From contig CAYLYA010000008.1 in assembly GCA_964387855.1 (NCBI GenBank), positions 3,404 through 67,403 on the forward strand: a DNA stretch of 64,000 nt. The letters are read 5' to 3'. Origin of the DNA: an uncultured Bifidobacterium sp. (GTDB taxonomy: Bacteria; Actinomycetota; Actinomycetes; Nanopelagicales; Nanopelagicaceae). A model generated the notes under the pieces. That model worked only from the letters and a program-made list of their open reading frames with translations, was not told the DNA's origin and made no database searches. Position numbers and translations under genes: made by a program. Below are positions 20,919 to 30,159 of this stretch, in pieces (the first letter of the stretch is position 1; each line of letters opens with the position of its first letter).

Positions 20919-20922
20919 GCTA

Positions 20923-21870
20923 ATGAGAGCTGTCGTGTTTAGAAAGTACGGACCTCCTGATGTTCTCCATGTCGAAGAGGTCGAACGCCCCACGCCGAAG
21001 GAGAACGAAGTCCTCGTGAAGGTCATGGCTTCGTCGGTCACCAGGTCCGACACCGGACTGCGAAGCTCCGAATACTTTTTCGCCCGCATATTTACTGGAT
21101 TGCTGCGGCCGAAGAGGACTATCGCCGGCATGGAATTCGCGGGAGTGATCGAAGAAATTGGCTCGGCAGTGTCCAACTTCCACGTGGGTGATGAGGTCTT
21201 CGGAATCGAAGGAGGTGCCAATGCCGAGTACCTCTGTGTTGGCGAGGGTGGCCTTCTGGCGCGAAAGCCGAAGGGGATGACCTTCGAGGAAGCGGCTGCT
21301 GTTTGTGACGGGGCACTTCTCGCGCTGTCCTGCTTGAAACCGGCAGAGCGGAGAGGACAGAGCATTGTTGTTTATGGCGCCTCTGGCTCTATCGGAACCG
21401 CCGCAGTGCAGTTGGCAAAATATTTTGAGGCCGATGTCACCGCAGTGTGCAACAGCAAGAACGTCGAACTCGTGCGCTCGCTCGGAGCAGATAAGGTCGT
21501 CGACTATTTGAACGAGGATTTCACTAAGACCGGCAAGGAGTACGACGTCGTCTTCGACGCCGTCGGCAAGCACTCTTTCCGGCGATGCCGCCATTCATTG
21601 AAACCGGAGGGAAAATACATATCGGTCGACCTCGGCTTCATGTCGCACCTCCCCATTCTTGCGTTGTTGACCCGCTGGATCGGAAAGAAGAAGGCGACGC
21701 TCGCGATCGGCAGGTACAGGAAGGAGGACCTCCTATTTCTTAAAGAGTTGATTGAAAAGGGGAAGTATCGAGCGGTGATTGATCGGTCCTACCCGATTGT
21801 GGATGTTGTTGAAGCAACTCGCTACGTGGAAACGGAGGAGAAGACCGGCAACGTCGTTTTAACTTTCTAA
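20923..21870 (+). CDS. Medium-chain dehydrogenase/reductase family NAD(P)H-dependent oxidoreductase
   Basis: GDEVFG and the Rossmann motif VVYGASGSIGTAAVQLAK are present, with a GKTGNVVLT-type C-terminus typical of quinone-oxidoreductase-like MDRs. Confidence 0.85.
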   Translation: MRAVVFRKYGPPDVLHVEEVERPTPKENEVLVKVMASSVTRSDTGLRSSEYFFARIFTGLLRPKRTIAGMEFAGVIEEIGSAVSNFHVGDEVFGIEGGANAEYLCVGEGGLLARKPKGMTFEEAAAVCDGALLALSCLKPAERRGQSIVVYGASGSIGTAAVQLAKYFEADVTAVCNSKNVELVRSLGADKVVDYLNEDFTKTGKEYDVVFDAVGKHSFRRCRHSLKPEGKYISVDLGFMSHLPILALLTRWIGKKKATLAIGRYRKEDLLFLKELIEKGKYRAVIDRSYPIVDVVEATRYVETEEKTGNVVLTF

Positions 21871-21884
21871 GGAGGTCGAATTTC

Positions 21885-22856
21885 ATGAGGGCAATCGTTC
21901 ACAACACTTACGGGTCTCCAGATGTTTTGGAACTTCAGGAGATTGAGAAGCTCGAACTGACCGATGATGCAGTCTTGGTGCACGTCCGTGCAGCGTCGAT
22001 TAATCCTGCAGATCTGTATTCCTTGTCAGGAAGACCGCTCATCGTCCGCGCACGGGGCGGGTTGCTTAAACCAAAGAACAACAGATTGGGAATTGATTTC
22101 GCGGGGACCGTGGAAGCTGTGGGCAAGGCCGTCACGGAGTTTCGAGTGGGCGATGAGGTCTTTGGCGGAAAGAGCGGAGCATTGGCGGATTACGTGTGCA
22201 TTCAAGACGGGGTTGCATTGAAACCTGCCAACCTCACATTCGAAGAGGCGGCAGCAGTTCCAGTAGCAGCGATCACCGCGCTGCAGGGCTTGCGTGATAA
22301 GGGGCAGATCCAGCCTGGACAGAAAGTGCTGATAAATGGCGCATCGGGAGGCGTCGGAACATTTGCAGTACAGATCGCAAAGGTCCTCGGCGCAGCGGTA
22401 ACTGCAGTGTGCAGTTCCAGGAATCTGGAACTCATGCGATCACTCGGTGCTGACCACGTTATCGACTACACAGGTGAGGACTACACCCGAAGCGTTCGGC
22501 ACTACGACCTGATTGTCGATCTCGCCGGCAACAAATCATGGTCAGAATCCAAGCGCATACTCAATCCGCAGGGAACTCTGGTTCTCGTCGGAGCACCGAA
22601 GGGCAATGCACTGATGGGACCGCTCAGCCACATCGCCAAAGTTCGTATTGCAGCATCTAGAAGCAGTCAGAAAGTTCTCTTCTTCATTGCCCAGATAAAC
22701 CGAGCAGACTTGATGATGTTGCGAGAACTTATTGAGACAGGAAAAGTGAAGCCCGTTATAGATAAGCGCTATTCCTCAAGCCAGGTGGTCGATGCATTCC
22801 AATACTTAGGCGAAGGACACGCACAAGGAAAAATCGTCCTCACCATGGACAATTAG
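21885..22856 (+). CDS. Medium-chain dehydrogenase/reductase family NAD(P)H-dependent oxidoreductase (tandem paralog)
   Basis: GDEVFG, INGASGGVGTFAVQIAK and a GHAQGKIVLT C-terminus. It has the same architecture as the upstream gene. Confidence 0.85.
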   Translation: MRAIVHNTYGSPDVLELQEIEKLELTDDAVLVHVRAASINPADLYSLSGRPLIVRARGGLLKPKNNRLGIDFAGTVEAVGKAVTEFRVGDEVFGGKSGALADYVCIQDGVALKPANLTFEEAAAVPVAAITALQGLRDKGQIQPGQKVLINGASGGVGTFAVQIAKVLGAAVTAVCSSRNLELMRSLGADHVIDYTGEDYTRSVRHYDLIVDLAGNKSWSESKRILNPQGTLVLVGAPKGNALMGPLSHIAKVRIAASRSSQKVLFFIAQINRADLMMLRELIETGKVKPVIDKRYSSSQVVDAFQYLGEGHAQGKIVLTMDN

Positions 22857-23390
22857 TTACCAAGAGTCGCCAGATCGTGCCTCGCATGCTATGCGCGAAC
22901 TGAGATCTAACTTGGATAGAGGATTGATTCTTAGAACCATAAGTCCAGCATCTTCAGACTCGCTTCGGATCCACTTATCATTTGCTACAACGTAAGAAGG
23001 ACCTTGCCAGTCTTCCCAGCCCAAATTGCGGTAGAAATTTTTTCCTGAAGAAGATAAGGCTCCAACTTCATAACTACTCTCGATGATCTTGTTGGCTTCA
23101 CGCATCGCCAGTTCGGCGAATCCTCGTCGCTGCCAATTGGGTAAAGTCGCAACGGCTTCGACGTACCCACATGAGTAGATCTTTTCGCCGATGTATAGCC
23201 GACGGGGGACTACCGCTGCGTGGGATACGAGGATCCCGGACTTGCGCACTGCAATGTGGATGCCACCCAGTGAGTGATCCCAGTCGTCTTCGGAAAACCT
23301 GTTCCCGAACGTTCGGGCAAGAAGTTCTTTGAGATCACTGAAGAACGCATCAGTTGCTCCGCCCGTCTCAAACAACTCGATTTCGATCAT
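22857..23390 (-). CDS. GNAT acetyltransferase resembling aminoglycoside 2'-N-acetyltransferase AAC(2')-I
   Basis: DWDHSLGGIHIA, HAAVVPRRL, CGYVEAVATLPNWQRRG, GALSSS, GWEDWQGPSYV and a C-terminal ...RSGDSW parallel the mycobacterial AAC(2')-Ic pattern as I recall it. Confidence 0.7.
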   Translation of the reverse strand: MIEIELFETGGATDAFFSDLKELLARTFGNRFSEDDWDHSLGGIHIAVRKSGILVSHAAVVPRRLYIGEKIYSCGYVEAVATLPNWQRRGFAELAMREANKIIESSYEVGALSSSGKNFYRNLGWEDWQGPSYVVANDKWIRSESEDAGLMVLRINPLSKLDLSSRIACEARSGDSW

Positions 23391-23396
23391 CGTTGT

Positions 23397-24602
23397 TTAG
23401 TCCTGCTCGACAACTGTCAGGTGGGAACGTCGCGTTTCGGGCAAACGATAAGCGAGCAATACCGCTACGGAGAAGACGGCCGTACTGGCAATGAATGCGG
23501 CACGGAACGAGAAAGCGTCCGATAGATAGCCGACTGCGATCGGTCCAACGATCATGCCCGCGTCCCCTGCCATCTGCCAGAGAGCAATAACTTGACCGCT
23601 TTTCCCGCGGATAACGTCGCCGACGATGTTTGCGGGAGTAGTCGATAGGAAAGCTCCGCCAACGCCCGTGATGACCATGGCCAGAAGGAACATCCATGGG
23701 TGGACTGTGAAGACGAGCGTGAGTGAGCCGATCAGAACAACCGTCGATCCGATGCTGAGAGCCACCCGCCTTCCGCGGAGATCGGAGAGCGTTCCTGCTG
23801 GAAGAAGAAGCAAGCCTTGAAAGAGTGCTGAGAGCGTGAAGCCGAGGCCGACGATTGCTGTGGTCGAATGAAGTTGCTCGGTTACAAAGAGGGGAAGGAT
23901 CGAAGAGCGTACACCAAACAAAATCCAGTTGGTGACGAAAGCCAGGATCAGTGCCGTGCGATACGGCTGCATTCGAAGTGCCTGACGCAGCGTCGTGCTC
24001 TCCTCATTCGTGTTCACGAGTTTGGCGTTTGGCTTGCCGCTGCTCAAGAAGAAGAATCCGATAGTGCCCGCGAGGAACAAAGTAATCGCATATGTGAAGA
24101 AGGGCGCGCGTAATGAGATTGATGTGAGCATTCCGCCGATCGCCGGTCCCGCGATTCCTCCGATGAGGAAGCTGCCGTTGTAGACCGATTGTGCTCGTCC
24201 GCGCTGGTCGTCGGAGACCGAGCGCATGATCACCGAACTCGCAGCGACGGAGAACATCGAAGAGCCAAGGCCACCGGCAGTCCTGAATATCAGCAATTGT
24301 GTGTAGCTCTGCGCTAGCGCGCAAAGGAGCGTGGAGAGGGAGACGATGAAGATTCCGACCGCAAAGACGAGGCGCTCGCCGAACTTGTCGACGAACTTGC
24401 CAGAGAACATTCCCGTCGAGAATCTTGCTACCGCGAACATCGAGACGATCAGTCCGACTGCAGAATTGCTGACGCCAAAGGACTTTGCGAAGAGCGGCAT
24501 CGCGGGAACGATGATGCCAAAGCCCACCGCCACGAAGAACGCCGCAGCGGTTAGGACTTTAACTTCGCGGGGAAAGCCCGAAAGTACCTTAAATCGGTTC
24601 AA
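23397..24602 (-). CDS. MFS transporter (12-TMS type)
   Basis: 401 aa and highly hydrophobic, with the MFS motif-A-like GKFVDKFGER and LSDLRGRR. Confidence 0.85.
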   Translation of the reverse strand: MNRFKVLSGFPREVKVLTAAAFFVAVGFGIIVPAMPLFAKSFGVSNSAVGLIVSMFAVARFSTGMFSGKFVDKFGERLVFAVGIFIVSLSTLLCALAQSYTQLLIFRTAGGLGSSMFSVAASSVIMRSVSDDQRGRAQSVYNGSFLIGGIAGPAIGGMLTSISLRAPFFTYAITLFLAGTIGFFFLSSGKPNAKLVNTNEESTTLRQALRMQPYRTALILAFVTNWILFGVRSSILPLFVTEQLHSTTAIVGLGFTLSALFQGLLLLPAGTLSDLRGRRVALSIGSTVVLIGSLTLVFTVHPWMFLLAMVITGVGGAFLSTTPANIVGDVIRGKSGQVIALWQMAGDAGMIVGPIAVGYLSDAFSFRAAFIASTAVFSVAVLLAYRLPETRRSHLTVVEQD

Positions 24603-26215
24603 CCAATAGCCTCGCCTGCCGCCTCTTCGCGAGCTGCTGCGTAGTCATGTGAGGTTCGAAGAGGAATTTCACGAAGGAGAAGAGCCAGTAGGAAGCCAAG
24701 CAGTGTGATGGGTGCAGCCGTGAAGAAGACAATATGGAACGCATTGACGTACGCATCCATGGCAGTGTTATGGACGATCAAGGGCACGCTCTTTGGGTTG
24801 GCGATCATGTTGGTGATTCCAGCCGGAGTGATGTTGATGGTTGCCATAACAGTCGGATCTTTATGAGCCAGGTCTGAGAATCCGCTTGCCATGTAGTGCG
24901 AAAGTCGGTTGTTGAGAACCGCACCGAAGATCGCCGAGCCGAAGACAGATCCAAGAGAACGGAAGAAGGTGTTTGCACTCGTTGCAACTCCCATGTCGTG
25001 GAAGTCAACCGCGTTCTGCAGGGCGATAACGATGGTCTGCATCGACAGACCAAGTCCCGCACCGACGATGATGGCGTAGATAGAGAGCTGCCAGTATGGA
25101 GTACTGCGAGTCAATGTGGTCATCATCAAGATTCCGACGGTCATGATCGCTGTCCCGATTACAGGGAACTTTTTGTACCTGCCGTGTGTGGTGATCCGCT
25201 TACCGCTGAAGATGGACATGCTGACGATGCCGAGCATCAGTGGAATCAATTTAAGTCCAGCAGAGGTTGCCGAGTTCGCCTTAACAATCTGGAGATATAA
25301 GGGGAGCATGATCACGGCGCCGAAGAGGCCGGCACCGATGACGCCGCCAAGTAGAGAAGTAAGCGTAAAGGTGTGGTTTTTGAACAGGCGCATCGGAAGG
25401 ATTGGCTCTTTTGCCTTCTCTTCCCAGACGACAAATACGACGGCAAGAATTAACCCAGCAACCAGGTAAATGACGGTGCGCTTATCGGCCCATCCGTCTT
25501 CTGGTCCATAGACAGCGATCGCAAGCAGGAGTGAGGTAACGCCAATGACCAAGAGAAATGCCCCGAAGTAATCGATCGTGTGCTCACGCTTCACCTTTGG
25601 TATGTGAAGTACTGCGGAAGTGATTACAAGAGCAAGAATTCCGAAAGGAAGGTTGATATAGAAGATCCAGCGCCATCCAGTCACTCCGAGGATGGTGTGG
25701 TGGTCAGAGAAGAAACCCCCGAGCAGTGGACCTGCGACAGATGAGAGACCCCATACTGCGCCGAAATAGCCTTGATACCTACCGCGTTCGCGTGGAGGCA
25801 CGATGTCGCCGATGATGACGAATGTCAGGGACATCAAGCCGCCTGCGCCGATTCCCTGAAGTGCACGTGTGGCGATCAACTCCCACATGTTCTGCGAAAG
25901 GCCTGCGAGAAGCGAACCAATCAGGAATGTCACGATCGCGAACTGGAAGACAACTCGTCGTCCATAGAGGTCCGAGATCTTTCCGTAAAGAGGCGTGGAT
26001 GCCGTCGATGTGAGCAAGTACGCGGTAACAACCCACGTGTACTCCTTGAGGCCATGTAGATCGATGACAATCGTTTTCAGTGCCGTGGAGACAATTGTCT
26101 GGTCCAACGCGGCCAGAAGCATGCCGGTCATGAGGCCGCTCAAGATGATCATGATTTCTCTGTGGGTATGCGCCTTTACTGGGGCACCGCCTGCCTGCAC
26201 AGATTCCTTGGACAT
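24599..26215 (-). CDS. MFS transporter, DHA2 (EmrB/QacA-like, 14-TMS) drug:H+ antiporter family
   Basis: LDQTIVSTAL, GKISDLYGRR and 14 hydrophobic stretches. The start was trimmed to the ATG at 26215 (MSKESVQ...). Confidence 0.85.
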   Translation of the reverse strand: MSKESVQAGGAPVKAHTHREIMIILSGLMTGMLLAALDQTIVSTALKTIVIDLHGLKEYTWVVTAYLLTSTASTPLYGKISDLYGRRVVFQFAIVTFLIGSLLAGLSQNMWELIATRALQGIGAGGLMSLTFVIIGDIVPPRERGRYQGYFGAVWGLSSVAGPLLGGFFSDHHTILGVTGWRWIFYINLPFGILALVITSAVLHIPKVKREHTIDYFGAFLLVIGVTSLLLAIAVYGPEDGWADKRTVIYLVAGLILAVVFVVWEEKAKEPILPMRLFKNHTFTLTSLLGGVIGAGLFGAVIMLPLYLQIVKANSATSAGLKLIPLMLGIVSMSIFSGKRITTHGRYKKFPVIGTAIMTVGILMMTTLTRSTPYWQLSIYAIIVGAGLGLSMQTIVIALQNAVDFHDMGVATSANTFFRSLGSVFGSAIFGAVLNNRLSHYMASGFSDLAHKDPTVMATINITPAGITNMIANPKSVPLIVHNTAMDAYVNAFHIVFFTAAPITLLGFLLALLLREIPLRTSHDYAAAREEAAGEAIG

Positions 26216-26289
26216 AGACGACCTTTCGATGAAAATAAAGCAAAAAATATTCACTATCCCGCATCAGTGAAGAGGGGTAACTTTACTCC

Positions 26290-27276
26290 GTGAAGTCAGT
26301 CCTCGCGGAGCATCTAGTTAAAACATACACAAAAGGACACGTTCGCGCCCTTGATGATCTAAGCCTAGATGTCGAAGAGGGCACCGTCCTCAGTGTCTTG
26401 GGGCCGAATGGCGCAGGGAAAACTACCGTCGTGCGGATCCTCGCCACACTTCTTGCGCCAGATTCAGGCAGTGCAACCGTCGGTGGCATCGATGTGATAC
26501 GGCATCCGGAAAAGGTGCGCGAAATCATTGGGCTTTCGGGTCAATACGCCGCCGTGGATGAAACTCTCAATGGCTGGGACAACTTGGTGATGTTTGGTCG
26601 CCTGTATCACTTGAGCAAAAGTGCAGCGGTGAAAAGAGCCGAAGAATTGCTTGAACGATTTTCTCTGACCGATAGTGCGCGACGGCCAATAAAGACCTAC
26701 TCCGGCGGAATGCGCCGCCGCCTTGACCTCGCGGCTTCGCTCATCGTGCAACCAAAAGTCTTGTTCCTTGATGAGCCGACAACGGGACTTGACCCCCGTG
26801 GCCGGCAGGAAATGTGGGAGGTCATCGAAGAATTGGTGAAGGGCGGGGTGACGCTTCTGCTTACAACACAGTATCTCGAAGAGGCCGATCAACTTGCAGA
26901 TGACATTGTTGTCATCGATCATGGAAAAGTAATCGCACGTGGGACCTCAGATGCGTTGAAAAGACAGGTGGGCGGTGAACAACTTGAGGTGGTTGTCGAA
27001 CACCATCACGTCCAAGCCACGATTGAGATTGTTAGCCGCGTGAGTGGAGCGAAACCGTCTTTGGATGAAGGCCTACGGCAAATTTCCGCACCGGTCAGCA
27101 CAGGTGCAACGGCGTTGATCGAGGTCCTGCGATCACTCGATGCTGCGGGCATACATCCTCTAGATATCGCTCTTAAGCGCCCATCTTTGGATGATGTCTT
27201 CATGTCGTTGACAGGTCATGTTGCAGAAGTCGAGGTCCCCGTTGATGAGTCGAAGAGGGGCAGGGGAAAAAGATGA
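26290..27276 (+). CDS. ABC transporter ATP-binding protein (DrrA/daunorubicin-resistance-like)
   Basis: Walker A GPNGAGKTT, signature YSGGMRRRL and Walker B LFLDEPTTGLD, with the C-terminal extension typical of DrrA-like ATPases. Confidence 0.9.
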   Translation: MKSVLAEHLVKTYTKGHVRALDDLSLDVEEGTVLSVLGPNGAGKTTVVRILATLLAPDSGSATVGGIDVIRHPEKVREIIGLSGQYAAVDETLNGWDNLVMFGRLYHLSKSAAVKRAEELLERFSLTDSARRPIKTYSGGMRRRLDLAASLIVQPKVLFLDEPTTGLDPRGRQEMWEVIEELVKGGVTLLLTTQYLEEADQLADDIVVIDHGKVIARGTSDALKRQVGGEQLEVVVEHHHVQATIEIVSRVSGAKPSLDEGLRQISAPVSTGATALIEVLRSLDAAGIHPLDIALKRPSLDDVFMSLTGHVAEVEVPVDESKRGRGKR

Positions 27277-28073
27277 TGAAATTCGCGATCTCTGACGCCT
27301 TGGTCATCACCAAAAGGCAGTTGATGCTCCTAGTTCGGGTCCCAGAAGTCCTGATCTTCTCCACAATCCAGCCGGTCATGTTCGTGCTTCTCTTCCGCTA
27401 TGTCTTCGGGGGTTCGATTACCTCTGGTCAGCCCGGTGGGTACGTTCAATTCTTGATGCCAGGAATCTTCGTGCAGACCGTGGCCTTTACGCTTGCAGGT
27501 ACTGCATCAGGTGTGGCTGAAGACATGACCAAGGGTTTGATCGATCGGTACAGGTCTTTGCCAATTGCTCGCTCGGCATTCTTGTTCGGTAAGACATTGG
27601 GGGATTCGGCACTCAACGTTGTCGTGCTGCTCGTGATGGGCCTGGCAGGTTTCATTGTCGGCTGGCGACCAGGTTCAGGATTGCTCAAGATTTCCTTCGC
27701 TTTCATCTTCCTTCTTGCTTTTGGATACGCCCTTTCGTGGATTGGAATTTTTGTCGGCCTCACCGCGCGTGATGCGAGGGTCGTGCAGAATGTGAGCTTC
27801 CTTGTGACGTTCCCGCTCACATTTCTTTCAAACGCTTTTGCGCCGACAACGGGCATGCCCAAGGCACTTCAATATTTTGCTGAGTGGAACCCTGTCTCCA
27901 CGATGGTGGCGGCGTGCAGGCAATTATTCGGACTCACCAATGAATTCGGCGTGACGGCGGGTTCTTACCCGAGTCAGCATCCTCTTGCGATGTCACTTGT
28001 TTATATGGTTTTGGTAATGGCGATCTTCATTCCGCTAAGCGTTCGCACGTATTCAAACTCTGCGAAGAAATAG
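27273..28073 (+). CDS. ABC-2 type transporter permease (DrrB-like)
   Basis: 266 aa with six hydrophobic segments. The 4-nt overlap with the ATPase gene suggests translational coupling. Confidence 0.85.
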   Translation: MMKFAISDALVITKRQLMLLVRVPEVLIFSTIQPVMFVLLFRYVFGGSITSGQPGGYVQFLMPGIFVQTVAFTLAGTASGVAEDMTKGLIDRYRSLPIARSAFLFGKTLGDSALNVVVLLVMGLAGFIVGWRPGSGLLKISFAFIFLLAFGYALSWIGIFVGLTARDARVVQNVSFLVTFPLTFLSNAFAPTTGMPKALQYFAEWNPVSTMVAACRQLFGLTNEFGVTAGSYPSQHPLAMSLVYMVLVMAIFIPLSVRTYSNSAKK

Positions 28074-28076
28074 TTC

Positions 28077-28553
28077 TTAGATGTAGTACTCGGCTTCTAA
28101 GATCGCGACCGTGATTTCACGCTTGTTGGGTGCGATATACGAAACGGTCTCGCCGATCTTCTTCCCGAGCACCGCGGCGCCTAGGGGTGAATTCTCACTG
28201 TAAACATCTAGGTCGCCACTTGAGATCTCACGCGAACCAAGAAGGAACTTCATCGTCTCGCCAGAAATCTCAACCGTGATGACCATGCCGGCACTGACGA
28301 AGCCTGACTCACCGGCAGGAGGGGTTCCGATGTGGGAGTGCTCGAGCATGTGCTTGAGCTGGCGGATCCGGGCCTCCATCTTGCCCTGCTCCTCGCGGGC
28401 GGCGTGGTAGCCCCCGTTCTCCTTGAGGTCTCCTTCGGCGCGCGCAGTCTCTATTTTCTTGATGATCTCAGTGCGCCCAGTGGTCTCGAGGAACTCGAGT
28501 TCTGCGGCTAGTCGGTCGGCGGCCTCTTGGGTCAGCCATGTCTGAGTGCTCAT
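28077..28553 (-). CDS. greA: Transcription elongation factor GreA
   Basis: WLTQEAADRLAAELEFL...GDLKENGGYHAAREEQ and the C-terminal domain SPLGAAVLGKKIGETV. An alternative ATG lies at 28562. Confidence 0.9.
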   Translation of the reverse strand: MSTQTWLTQEAADRLAAELEFLETTGRTEIIKKIETARAEGDLKENGGYHAAREEQGKMEARIRQLKHMLEHSHIGTPPAGESGFVSAGMVITVEISGETMKFLLGSREISSGDLDVYSENSPLGAAVLGKKIGETVSYIAPNKREITVAILEAEYYI

Positions 28554-28565
28554 AAGTGGCATAGA

Positions 28566-28949
28566 TTACTGTGAACTGGGTCTGCAACGCGAGACAGAGG
28601 CGTTTACAGCGGCAGTTCGGGTGGGAATGAGCGTGGTTTTCTCCACGTGGGCCGCTCCGGCGGCGATGGTGTCGTCGATCTGGCCGACCACGTTCTTGTC
28701 GAAATCGTGGGCGACCAACGTGCAAACGACTGTGGCATTGGGGTCTCTGCGGTCGATTGAGTAGCGAAGGCTGATTGCTCGATCAGAGGGGATTGAGAAG
28801 GAGATCAGCGTCGGGGTGATTGCGGGGCGCGAGTGATGCAGTCCTGCCCAGATCAGCCACCCCCCGCCAATTATCAGCAGAGCCACGGCCAAGCCCTTCC
28901 AGCGCACGGGCCTTTGGCCGTAGCGGTCGGAGAGGTCGAGTTCGGACAT
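28566..28949 (-). CDS. DUF4307-like membrane-anchored protein
   Basis: Trimmed to the ATG at 28949 (MSELDLSDRYGQRP...). It has a single TM segment (LAVALLIIGGGWLIWAGL) followed by a beta-rich domain. The position upstream of greA is conserved in actinobacteria. Confidence 0.65.
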   Translation of the reverse strand: MSELDLSDRYGQRPVRWKGLAVALLIIGGGWLIWAGLHHSRPAITPTLISFSIPSDRAISLRYSIDRRDPNATVVCTLVAHDFDKNVVGQIDDTIAAGAAHVEKTTLIPTRTAAVNASVSRCRPSSQ

Positions 28950-28980
28950 GGGATGATTGTTCCAGAGAATCGGAGCACAT

Positions 28981-29118
28981 ATGTCGCAGAACGTTGAAAT
29001 GAGCACCTCGGGCTCGCTCACAGTCGGAGCCCTCGTGATTGCCGTGGCCTTCCTTCTGCGCAGTTTCTACAAACGCTATGCCCGCATGAAGAAGCGCGAG
29101 GAAGATGAATCGCAGTAA
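28981..29118 (+). CDS. Possible 45-aa single-pass membrane peptide
   Basis: Not in the track because it is under 60 aa. It translates as MSQNVEMSTSGSLTVGALVIAVAFLLRSFYKRYARMKKREEDESQ: a hydrophobic core with a charged tail. Its 3' end overlaps the SURF1 start by 14 nt. Confidence 0.3.
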   Translation: MSQNVEMSTSGSLTVGALVIAVAFLLRSFYKRYARMKKREEDESQ

Positions 29119-29803
29119 GGCGCAGCGAGTCCTCTCAATCCTAGGAATTCTTCTCATCGCATCGAGTTTCATCGGGCTTGGAATTTGGCAGTTGAATCGC
29201 GCGCGGGAGAGTCGAGTGCCGGTGGTGATAGATAAAACCCTCGTGCCACTTCAATCCGTGACTCAACCTCGAATAGCACTTCCTGTAAGTGCGACATTAA
29301 GAAATGTGAAATTCAGTGGAATCTACGTCGCCGATTTCGAGGCGCCTTTTCAGGTGGACGGTGCAGGCCAATCGCGTTCGTGGGAGGTAGGTCTTCTCGC
29401 AACCGACTCTGATGGTGCGATATTGGTTGTCCGCGGCCTCTGGTCACAGCGCCAACTCAATCCCATTGCATCCACTCATGTTGTCGAAGTGACTGGCAAG
29501 CTCATGCCGCATCAGAACGACGACGTTGTGCAATCGTCCAAGTCGATTTTGTCGCGACTAGATAGCGCTCTGGTCGTGGATCAGACATCCCGCAACCTCT
29601 ACGACGGCTTCGTCATTGCAGCCAGTGAAACGGCTGATGGTCAGAGGATCACCCGCGAAAGGATTGCACCCCCGACCCCGCGATCGGCAGTGCCTGGCTT
29701 CTACTGGCAGCACCTCTCATACGTGGTGATCTGGTGGTTCATGGCCGGGGTCGTGCTGTACCTGCCCTTTTACCAACGTAGAGTTGCCCCCAACGAGAAC
29801 TAG
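29105..29803 (+). CDS. SURF1-family protein (cytochrome oxidase assembly-like)
   Basis: An N-terminal TM segment followed by GIWQLNRA (the GxWQLxR motif), plus a second TM near the C-terminus (YVVIWWFMAGVVLYL). Confidence 0.75.
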   Translation: MNRSKAQRVLSILGILLIASSFIGLGIWQLNRARESRVPVVIDKTLVPLQSVTQPRIALPVSATLRNVKFSGIYVADFEAPFQVDGAGQSRSWEVGLLATDSDGAILVVRGLWSQRQLNPIASTHVVEVTGKLMPHQNDDVVQSSKSILSRLDSALVVDQTSRNLYDGFVIAASETADGQRITRERIAPPTPRSAVPGFYWQHLSYVVIWWFMAGVVLYLPFYQRRVAPNEN

Positions 29804-29820
29804 GACTTCAAGGAGAAAAT

Positions 29821-30156
29821 ATGGCTCGCACCAGCGATGGCACCGTTCAGCGATACCGGGTAATGGCGATTATCTCTGGTGTCATGTCCTTGCTTCTGTG
29901 GTTTGTATACGTGCCGATCAAGGCATTTAGCCACGATCCGGATCTTCATAGCAAGTTGGTCTGGATTCCAATAGCGCACGGATATCTCTATCCGATTTAT
30001 GTCCTCACCGCTATTCAACTTTCGATTAAAGCAAAATGGGCGTTGCCGAAGATGGTTGGCTTCATTCTCGCTGGGACCCTGCCAGTTGCTTCCTTGATTG
30101 CAGAGCGTCGAGTCGTGCAGATGTTCCTGCCTAAGAAGAGAAATGTAATTGAGTAG
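29821..30156 (+). CDS. DUF3817-like small membrane protein
   Basis: 111 aa with RYRVMAIISGVMSLLLWFVY... and three or four TM segments, matching the DUF3817 pattern as I remember it. Confidence 0.65.
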   Translation: MARTSDGTVQRYRVMAIISGVMSLLLWFVYVPIKAFSHDPDLHSKLVWIPIAHGYLYPIYVLTAIQLSIKAKWALPKMVGFILAGTLPVASLIAERRVVQMFLPKKRNVIE

Positions 30157-30159
30157 ATA

